DNA from: a bacterium
GTDB lineage: Bacteria > Patescibacteriota > Minisyncoccia > Phycocordibacterales > JAUSHB01
Length of the DNA stretch: 64,000 bases
Assembly (NCBI GenBank): GCA_030648955.1
Contig: JAUSHB010000011.1
Span: forward strand, 7,366 to 71,365
Reading direction: 5' to 3'
Each line of letters starts with the position of its first letter. Positions within the stretch are counted from its first letter, which is position 1. Under the pieces are notes generated by a model that made no database searches, was not told where the DNA came from, and saw only the letters and a program-made list of their open reading frames with translations. Position numbers and translations under genes: made by a program. Shown here one piece after another: positions 56,880 to 64,000 of the stretch.

Positions 56880-57034
56880 TTTTATTTAAATAGACCAACT
56901 ACGCAATAATTTTTCGTAACGAGATGACGAATTTTCTGGCGAAAACAACGAAGCGCGAGGAGGTGAATACAGCGTATTCATTGACGAGAGATGAGTTGTT
57001 TGTAGTTGAAAATTTGTCATTGCAGTAGAAAAGG

Positions 57035-58048
57035 TTATTGCGTAGTGGGTCTAATGACTCCAGATTCAATAAATGTATTTGTAATACTTTCGACTTCGTT
57101 TGAATTTTTAGCACTCATGAGCTTCATGCGAAGTTCTTTAGCACCCTCAAATCCGTTTACATATGCTTTATAATGCTTCTTCATAATAGCAAAATTTTTA
57201 ACACCCCCCAAGAGCTCTTCAAAAAGATGCGTATGCTCAACCATAACACGCAATTTTTCCCCTATTGTAGGACTGGGTATATCGGCAAATAACCACGGAT
57301 TGCCGAAAATCGCCCGCCCGAGCATCACGCCATCGGCGCCTGTCTCGCGCGCTTTTTCTTTCGCATCGCTCAAATCTTTTACATCGCCATTGCCAACGAT
57401 GAGCGTGCGCTCGGTGCCGTGTTTCTCCGCAAAATCGCGCGCAATTACTACCGCATGCGCTACGTGCTCCCAACGCGCAGGCACAAGCGACATTTCTTTG
57501 CGCGTACGCGCATGTATAGTAACAACCGCAGGTTCCTCTGCTAAAATTTCAGGAAGCCATTTGTCGAGAATAACTTTGTTGTAGCCGACACGAGTTTTTA
57601 CGGAGACTGGTAATCCTCCACTACCCTCTTTTGCGGCGCGAATCAGCTCACGCGCAAGCGCCGGAGTTTTAATAAGCGCCGCACCTGCACATTGTTTTTC
57701 TACTGACTTGTCAGGACATCCCATATTGATATCGATGCCATCAAACCCAAGATCTTTAATAAGCGCGGCACACTCTCGGAAATGCTCGGGATTTGAACCA
57801 AAAATCTGTGCCACGATCGGATGTTCTTCTTCGGAATATTTGAAATCAGTAAGAAGCGCTGGGCGCCCCGCGGAACAAAGCCCATCGCAAGAAACAAATT
57901 CGGTATAAAAAACATCAGGACCCCCTTGCAGCTTCCCGTGGTTGCTATATTTCGCAATAAGACGCCGAAAAGCCGCGTCGGTGACATCCGCCATCGGTGC
58001 CATAACAAAGAACGGTCTCTTTAATTTCCCCCAAAATCCTTGTGTCAT
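57035..58048 (-). CDS. dus: tRNA-dihydrouridine synthase
   Basis: FFVMAPMADVTDAAFRR, GFDGIDINMGCP and VSVKTRVGY are Dus family motifs. The start is set at the ATG at 58046-58048. Confidence 0.85.
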   Translation of the reverse strand: MTQGFWGKLKRPFFVMAPMADVTDAAFRRLIAKYSNHGKLQGGPDVFYTEFVSCDGLCSAGRPALLTDFKYSEEEHPIVAQIFGSNPEHFRECAALIKDLGFDGIDINMGCPDKSVEKQCAGAALIKTPALARELIRAAKEGSGGLPVSVKTRVGYNKVILDKWLPEILAEEPAVVTIHARTRKEMSLVPARWEHVAHAVVIARDFAEKHGTERTLIVGNGDVKDLSDAKEKARETGADGVMLGRAIFGNPWLFADIPSPTIGEKLRVMVEHTHLFEELLGGVKNFAIMKKHYKAYVNGFEGAKELRMKLMSAKNSNEVESITNTFIESGVIRPTTQ

Positions 58049-58117
58049 TGTCGCAATACTATCATAAAAAAGATGCGCTGAAGATTTGCGCATCCCGTAC
58101 ATCTTGTATGTATTTCA

Positions 58118-58603
58118 TTAGGAACCTCCCAATGATTTCAGCTTTTTGACAACTCCTCCGAGATACTTTTTCACCTCCGAACCATCTCTATCATAATCAT
58201 CGGTAAAAATAAACACTCTTTCGGTTGGACTCTCGTTGTTTGTCATCTGTTCCGTTATGTAACCAAAGAACTCGGCGAGTCTTACGATAGTGAAAAGTAA
58301 CATCGTTGTACCCTTCGTGTTAATTGAAGTCGCCTTAATGAAGGTATCCAGGAATGATTTTCGCAGTGTAGATGACGGATACAACGCCTGAACATCAACT
58401 ACATGCTTTTTGCCACTACCATCAAACTGCGTAAGGAGAAAAGTTATTTCCTGAAGTTGTTTTGGGAGATCCTGAAAATCTTTTATGTTGAATTCGCATA
58501 CAAAACCTTGGGCAGTTTCTTTGATATGTTCATCAAGGAACAGTGCCGTAGTTTGAATGCTTTTGACAATACGGCGCTCCCCGAGACTCAATTCCATACT
58601 CAT
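58118..58603 (-). CDS. Hypothetical protein (161 aa) between clp-like ATPase and dus
   Basis: ORF only, co-oriented in the apparent operon. Confidence 0.45.
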   Translation of the reverse strand: MSMELSLGERRIVKSIQTTALFLDEHIKETAQGFVCEFNIKDFQDLPKQLQEITFLLTQFDGSGKKHVVDVQALYPSSTLRKSFLDTFIKATSINTKGTTMLLFTIVRLAEFFGYITEQMTNNESPTERVFIFTDDYDRDGSEVKKYLGGVVKKLKSLGGS

Positions 58604-58702
58604 AACAAATACCTCCTCATGATCACTGTGGGCTTACATCATGGTAGCTTCTTGAGTGGAAAGAATCAAGCGTGGTAGCATAGAAACGTAACCTAAAAAA
58701 AA

Positions 58703-61183
58703 TTAAGAGACGGACGGTGAAAGATCTTCCGAAGAGAGTAACACTCGCGAACCTTCCTTAATTTCTCCGCGTACAATTTTTTCTGCTATAATCTGCTCAA
58801 CGTGTTCCTGTATCGCGCGATTCATCGGACGCGCACCAAAAGATGGATCCGTTCCATGGCGAATCACCGCATTGACCAAATCATCATTCACCACAAGGTC
58901 GATTCCACGCTCGTGTAATCGCTTTTTCAACTTTTCTAGCATCACGCGGGCAATCTGCGAAAGATGACTCACATCAAGAGGATGAAATAGCACCACCGCA
59001 TCAAAACGATTGAGCAACTCGGGCTTAAAAATACCTCGTTCAATGATTGTATTCACAATTTCATCTTTCATATCCATAAGATTTCCACCATTCTTCCCCG
59101 CTTCCCAGATTAAATCGCTCCCCGCATTTGATGTCGCGATAATAATAACATTGCGCGCATTAACCCGTTTACCCCGCATATCGGAGAAAAATCCTTCATC
59201 AAGAACTTGAAGAAACAGATCGAGCACTTCGTGATTTGTTTTTTCAAATTCATCGAGGAGCAACACGCCATAAGGCTTACTCTTGAGTATTTTCGTTAAT
59301 GCTCCCACTTGCTCTCCTTCAAAATTACCAATGAGCCGCAGGAGCGCATCAGATGTCTGATATTCAGACATATCAAGTCGGGATATCACTGTTTCATCTC
59401 CAAAAAAAGCTTCTGCTAATGCTTTTGCAGTTTCCGTTTTTCCCACACCAGTGGGTCCAAGGAAAAGAAATGAGCCGATAGGTCGCTTCATATTACGCAC
59501 TCCTGTACGAGCTCGACGCATTGCATTTGACACGAGACTCACCGCCTCATTCTGACCAACAACACGCTCATGAAGAAAACGCTCAAGGTTCACGAGCCTA
59601 CTTCTCTCGGCATCCTTAATCTCACCTACAGGAATTTTAGTCTTTCGGGTAATGAGAGCGAGAATATCACTTCGTTTTATTAAATACCCCTTGTCCTCCA
59701 CGATCTGTGGAACAAGCTCAATAAGAAGATCTATCGCCTTGTCGGGTAAAACACCATCGGAAAGATAATTTTGGGCACTCGTGAATGCCTCTTCGATTGA
59801 TGAATATGTAAAAAATATTTTATGGTGAGCCTCAAGTCCTTCTGCAACACGTTGCAAAATTACCATCATCTCCTCCGATGACGGATCAGTGACAATCACT
59901 TTTTCAAATCGCGACATCAACGCAGTGTTCGGCTCAAGGATATTGTGAAAATTATCTACATCACTTACGGCAATAACCTGAAGTTTGTCTGTAATAAGAT
60001 AGGGATCGAGAAGTGTCACGATATCAGAACCAATACTTCGGGCACTAATCCCGAATGATGGAAAATCAGAAAATACAATAATAATATTCCCCGCACGCTT
60101 AGCCTCATCCAAGAGAGCGATAAATTCACGCTCAAACTCTTCCTTACTTTGAACAGAAGAAATGAGTGAATCCGTATTCATCATAAATACTTTTTTATGT
60201 TCGAGCTGGGGACCAATTGATCCGTTCCTGATCTTTTGAGCAAAATCGTAAATGATGTCAATAGTCCCTGCGCCTTTTTCACCCACCAAAAATGCATTAG
60301 CCTCCTGCGCGCGCGAAAGAACGCTTTCCAGCTCACGAACTTCACGCTCATCCTTGGCAGATAACGCGCTTGCGTGCTCGCTATAGTTTTCAAAAACTTC
60401 TCGCGCATAACGCAGAAGCGTATAAATCTCACCGTATGACCAGTCCTTCCCAATCCCCGGCATGGAGGCAAGGTGATCTTTTCTCCACCATGCTTCCTTA
60501 TCCTTTGCGTCTTCATGTTCTCGGATGACCCATTCGGCAGCACCAATAAAATCACCCTCGCGGGCATTTTCCTTAAAAAGAAAATCTCGAAGCTCCTCGT
60601 CCTGATAGACCAGAAACTGCGCCAATGAACGCAAACCGAAAACTTTTTGGGAATCTACGGGAAATGGCTTATCAAACAATATTGCGTTTCTACGGGAAAG
60701 AAAATCCTTGCGTGCATCATCTGAAATACCGCAACGGAGTAAGATTCTTGTGCCAACAGAAGATTGCAAGAAACTTTTAGTTACATCGCCATTATGTGCG
60801 TGGTGTAAAATTTTCAGCACATAAAAACTCAATACATCATGTTCGTGTCCTCTGCCCCGCGTTCTCCACGACATGAGCCCTTCACGAAAATATAAAAATC
60901 TAAAAAATACTTCCAAAAGATACACCGAGAGAAGGATTGCCAGCAACACGAACGCGGCTCCAATAACACGGGGAGCAAAAAGAAGGGCTTTTTGTGCAAC
61001 ATCAGGGTTTAACATATGAAAATAATTTATTGCATATAACCCGCCCGCAACCACAAGAAGGCCAATGAGAGCTGTATCTATTCCGTAATGAATGATATGT
61101 CGAGCGCGGTGGGAAAGCATGCGATCAAGCACCACGATTGGATACAGACGACTAGTTGAAATATGTAACGATTTTATATTCAT
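58703..61183 (-). CDS. Clp/Hsp100-family AAA+ ATPase (ClpA/B/C-like) with N-terminal TM helices and degenerate first nucleotide-binding domain
   Basis: The D2 domain is intact (FLFLGPTGVGKTETAKALA, LLLDEFEKTNHEV, sensor/Arg finger, ClpB_D2-small). The D1 domain is degenerate (LVGEKGAGTID in place of GEPGVGKT; IIIVFSDFPSF in place of the Walker B DE). Two TM helices lie in the first about 100 aa. Confidence 0.85.
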   Translation of the reverse strand: MNIKSLHISTSRLYPIVVLDRMLSHRARHIIHYGIDTALIGLLVVAGGLYAINYFHMLNPDVAQKALLFAPRVIGAAFVLLAILLSVYLLEVFFRFLYFREGLMSWRTRGRGHEHDVLSFYVLKILHHAHNGDVTKSFLQSSVGTRILLRCGISDDARKDFLSRRNAILFDKPFPVDSQKVFGLRSLAQFLVYQDEELRDFLFKENAREGDFIGAAEWVIREHEDAKDKEAWWRKDHLASMPGIGKDWSYGEIYTLLRYAREVFENYSEHASALSAKDEREVRELESVLSRAQEANAFLVGEKGAGTIDIIYDFAQKIRNGSIGPQLEHKKVFMMNTDSLISSVQSKEEFEREFIALLDEAKRAGNIIIVFSDFPSFGISARSIGSDIVTLLDPYLITDKLQVIAVSDVDNFHNILEPNTALMSRFEKVIVTDPSSEEMMVILQRVAEGLEAHHKIFFTYSSIEEAFTSAQNYLSDGVLPDKAIDLLIELVPQIVEDKGYLIKRSDILALITRKTKIPVGEIKDAERSRLVNLERFLHERVVGQNEAVSLVSNAMRRARTGVRNMKRPIGSFLFLGPTGVGKTETAKALAEAFFGDETVISRLDMSEYQTSDALLRLIGNFEGEQVGALTKILKSKPYGVLLLDEFEKTNHEVLDLFLQVLDEGFFSDMRGKRVNARNVIIIATSNAGSDLIWEAGKNGGNLMDMKDEIVNTIIERGIFKPELLNRFDAVVLFHPLDVSHLSQIARVMLEKLKKRLHERGIDLVVNDDLVNAVIRHGTDPSFGARPMNRAIQEHVEQIIAEKIVRGEIKEGSRVLLSSEDLSPSVS

Positions 61184-61195
61184 GAGTAAATTTAG

Positions 61196-61591
61196 TTATC
61201 GAACACCAACCATGAGGGTTATTCCTACGGCAAACAGTCCGACAATTATGATTGGGAGAAACAGCCATGTGATAAAAAGCACTATCTCAATCACAAGAGC
61301 AAGCGTTATCGACACAACCCCCGCCAAAATAACGAAGGAACGAATAAAGAAACCAATAATCCGCATAACAGAATTAACGATCAGAACCGAGAAAAAATCT
61401 GGAATATCAAATTTCTTTGTTCGCACATCCCCAATTCTCCTCCATTTCGAAAAAAGTGTTGGGATGAGAATGGGGATTGAAAAAAAGTGATAGAGAAACC
61501 AGATAAAATCCGATGAGATTTTTATGAAATTAGTTATCGCGGCAGTGTAATACCAAATCACAAATTGCCATATAAGTATGAGAATCGCCAT
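61196..61591 (-). CDS. Hypothetical polytopic membrane protein
   Basis: 131 aa with 3-4 TM helices. Ends 12 nt upstream of the clp-like gene. Confidence 0.45.
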   Translation of the reverse strand: MAILILIWQFVIWYYTAAITNFIKISSDFIWFLYHFFSIPILIPTLFSKWRRIGDVRTKKFDIPDFFSVLIVNSVMRIIGFFIRSFVILAGVVSITLALVIEIVLFITWLFLPIIIVGLFAVGITLMVGVR

Positions 61592-61633
61592 CTTGTTTTA
61601 TAGTATATAACGTCTTTTAAAATACGCGAAAGT

Positions 61634-62509
61634 TCACTTCTTCTTTTTAAAAAAGATCTTGTTCGCAAAACGTGCATCAATATATTCAATTTGTTTACGA
61701 ATTAGCGGGTCGCCAGGATCTCCCAATTCAGTGCGAAACGCGGCTTCTAAATCAGATAGTATCTTCATGGGGTCTTGTTTTTTATTTAATAATATTTTTC
61801 CCCCTTCACGTATTATAAATGCAACATCCCCTGCATCCAGAGAAGCTATTTTAGTCGTATGAAGCCCTGTGCGACTCAAGAGGTCGCGAAACAAATCGAT
61901 TGTCTTAAATTCCAGAGCAGAGAGATATACGGACCCCACGGGTTCCACCGAAAGACTCGACGTAGCCATATGTTCCGCAAAAAGCGGACCATAAAATTCT
62001 ATATACACATTATCTCCAAAATGCGGAGCTTCAGCAAAAATAAATCCTGTTTCATCTGTAAAATAGCACTGCGGATTTTCTTGTGCGCGTGTTTCTGGCA
62101 ATGTACTTCCACACCAGAGTGAATAGGGTTTTCGTTCGTTAATTGTTATCGATAGCGCCGTAAGACCTTCGGCATTTACCGATAAAGAAAGAATTCTTTT
62201 ATAAAAATTGAGGAGATCACTCTTAATGCGTTCCCGTGGATAAAGTATGATACTGTCCTTTGGGAACAGATAAAAATATTTCCCGCTAATTTCTTTACGC
62301 ACCAAAGAGACAATTTCATCAGTGTCTAATACATTATTTCCAGTAACTTCGATCGCGGTAATGCGTAAACTTGGACGAGAAAGTCCCCATATAAATCCAC
62401 TTAGAGACAAGGCGATTACCAGGAATATAATAAAAAACTTCCATAAAGCAATTTTACGTTTCTGCTTGATGCGTTTTTTTGAATGTGGAATATCTCTACG
62501 ACGCGACAT
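61634..62509 (-). CDS. ftsQ: Cell division protein FtsQ/DivIB-like (POTRA domain)
   Basis: Basic N-terminus, single TM helix, POTRA-like ITAIEVTGNNVLDTDEIVSLV, then a beta domain. Confidence 0.6.
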   Translation of the reverse strand: MSRRRDIPHSKKRIKQKRKIALWKFFIIFLVIALSLSGFIWGLSRPSLRITAIEVTGNNVLDTDEIVSLVRKEISGKYFYLFPKDSIILYPRERIKSDLLNFYKRILSLSVNAEGLTALSITINERKPYSLWCGSTLPETRAQENPQCYFTDETGFIFAEAPHFGDNVYIEFYGPLFAEHMATSSLSVEPVGSVYLSALEFKTIDLFRDLLSRTGLHTTKIASLDAGDVAFIIREGGKILLNKKQDPMKILSDLEAAFRTELGDPGDPLIRKQIEYIDARFANKIFFKKKK

Positions 62510-62546
62510 AGGTTGTAGGAGGAAAAATATGCATGCGGTCTCACAC

Positions 62547-63830
62547 CTATTTAATAATACTTTTTTTTATATACGGTTCGAGTACTTTGGGAATCGCAAT
62601 GCTTCCATCTGCTTGTTGATAATTCTCAACAAGAGCAGCTAGCATGCGTGGTGTTGGCATTAACGTTGCATTAAGTGAATGTGCGAATCGTAATTTCCCA
62701 TCGTCATCGCGGTATCGAATATTCAAGCGTCGTGTCTGAAAATCATGAAAATATGATGCTGAATGGGTCTCGCGATATTTTTTCTCCGATGGCATCCACG
62801 CCTCGATATCATACTTTTTCACCTGCCCCAACCCAAGATCACCACCGCAATTCGCCACCACGTGATATGGAATGCCGAGTTTTTGCATAATATGCTCCGC
62901 GTTTTGATTGAGCGCTTCATGGTATTTAACACTCTCCTCGTGACTTGCTTCACAGAGCACCACTTGTTCTACTTTATAAAATTCGTGGACACGGATAAGA
63001 CCCTTAGTGTCTTTCCCATGACTTCCCGCTTCACGGCGAAAGCATGGAGAAAATGAAACGATCTTTTTTGGAAGGTCTGTTTTAAGAAGCACATCATCCA
63101 TAAAGTGCCCCATGGTCGCGACTTCCGCAGTGCCGGAAAGATAATCGCCATCTTGAGTTTTATAGAGATCTTCTTCGCCTTGCGGAAGATAACCGGTACC
63201 CATAAGCGTCTCGCGGCGCACTAAGGACGGCGCAATCATGGGACTGAAGCCTTCTTTTACCAATTCATCCACGGCAAACTGCCACAACGCAAAGGAAAGA
63301 AGCGCTCCGTCATTCTTAAGGAAATATCCGCGGAAACCGGCAACCTTTGTTCCGCGTTCAAGATCAACCATATTGAGTTTCTGCATGAGTTCATAGTGGG
63401 TTTTAGGTTCGAATGAAAGTTTGGGAATTTCTCCTCCTTCGACTCCGCTCAGGACAGGCCATCTCCGTATCTCTTTATTATCAGCATCACTCACACCGTC
63501 AGGAACCGACATGTCGGGAATGTTGGGAACTTGCACCATAAGAAGTTGCCACTCTTTCATAGCCTCTTTTAATTCCTCTTCTTTCTTTTGAAGCTCGTCT
63601 TTGAGCTCTTTCATGGTCGAAATAAGCCGGACGCGCTCTTCGGTCGGCGCAGAGCTGATGATGTCGCTTACCTCGTTTTGTTTTGTACGCATCTGCTCAA
63701 CCTCCGCCAAAATCAACCTCCGTTTATCATCAACGGCGATGAGTTTGTCTGCATCAAAATCGATGTGCTTTTTCTTGGCACCTGCTTGTATGAGCTCTTT
63801 GTTGTCGCGAATGAATTTAATGTCTAACAT
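62547..63830 (-). CDS. serS: Seryl-tRNA synthetase
   Basis: MLDIKFIRDN... N-terminal coiled-coil. Class II motifs (FRREAGSHGKDTKGLIRVHEF, GLGQ..KKYDIE). Confidence 0.9.
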   Translation of the reverse strand: MLDIKFIRDNKELIQAGAKKKHIDFDADKLIAVDDKRRLILAEVEQMRTKQNEVSDIISSAPTEERVRLISTMKELKDELQKKEEELKEAMKEWQLLMVQVPNIPDMSVPDGVSDADNKEIRRWPVLSGVEGGEIPKLSFEPKTHYELMQKLNMVDLERGTKVAGFRGYFLKNDGALLSFALWQFAVDELVKEGFSPMIAPSLVRRETLMGTGYLPQGEEDLYKTQDGDYLSGTAEVATMGHFMDDVLLKTDLPKKIVSFSPCFRREAGSHGKDTKGLIRVHEFYKVEQVVLCEASHEESVKYHEALNQNAEHIMQKLGIPYHVVANCGGDLGLGQVKKYDIEAWMPSEKKYRETHSASYFHDFQTRRLNIRYRDDDGKLRFAHSLNATLMPTPRMLAALVENYQQADGSIAIPKVLEPYIKKSIIK

Positions 63831-64000
63831 GATTGGTTTTTAACGAGTGATAACGAGTATATTTCCATGTAATTGGTTTGTTCTATCTGAATACAAAAAC
63901 AAGTTTTCGTTCATCCCTATCTATATTCATATCATACAACAAATGATAGAATTTATAAAATGGATAAGATAAAGAATCTAGAGCCAAACAAATTCCCCAA

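Noticed and set aside
1-64000. Searched for transposases, integrases, phage structural genes, restriction-modification genes or CRISPR-Cas
   Set aside because: None recognised. The only mobility or defence-related genes are HicAB and the two small GIY-YIG nucleases.

Overview
This 64 kb window is gene-dense, roughly 40-43% GC, and most genes are on the minus strand. The gene content looks like an uncultivated bacterium of the Patescibacteria/CPR type: many small membrane or secreted hypotheticals, DUF1573 proteins, GH57 and GH15 glycogen enzymes, and a short DnaX. This is an inference from gene content only.

Housekeeping genes include:
- a partial tgt at the left edge
- ROK glucokinase and MGMT
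- DsbB plus a thioredoxin-like partner
- pirin and malic enzyme
- MscL
- tRNA-Gln(UUG) on the minus strand
- dnaX, dus, a Clp-family AAA+ ATPase, ftsQ and serS

Four regions stand out.

(1) 29.4-42.4 kb holds an exopolysaccharide locus with a divergently transcribed two-component system. The locus encodes:
- a processive HasA/NodC-type GT2 synthase
- a WecC/WbpA/TviB-type UDP-N-acetylhexosamine dehydrogenase
- two CE4 deacetylases, one with tandem CBMs and one fused to a lectin-like domain
- three secreted ConA-like (DUF1080-type) proteins

The adjacent regulators are an OmpR response regulator, a truncated HisKA fragment and a MASE1 hybrid kinase. This is my best candidate for an undescribed system: an acidic, partly de-N-acetylated hexosaminuronic-acid polysaccharide.

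(2) 9.6-21.6 kb is a copper/heavy-metal island:
- CusA-type HME-RND pump with a periplasmic adaptor
- a CPH-motif (CopB-type) P1B ATPase
- Met-rich secreted proteins, one carrying a SHOCT tail
- Cys-motif membrane proteins
- tandem DUF1573 paralogs

(3) 44.8-53.4 kb is a compositionally patchy accessory stretch:
- a leaderless ArsR repressor flanked by two long perfect palindromes that differ by a compensatory pair
- two near-identical terminator hairpins, again differing by a compensatory base pair
- a DsrE-like protein and a GH18 hydrolase
- HicAB, two distinct GIY-YIG nucleases, DoxX and a YdeI-like protein next to tRNA-Gln

(4) Two individual proteins are unusual:
- a 583-aa divergent ThyX-like protein at 396-2147, divergent from the partial tgt
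- a membrane-anchored Clp-family ATPase with a degenerate first nucleotide-binding domain

I found no transposase, integrase or CRISPR array. Coordinates for hairpins and adjusted starts are read by eye and may be off by 1-2 nt.
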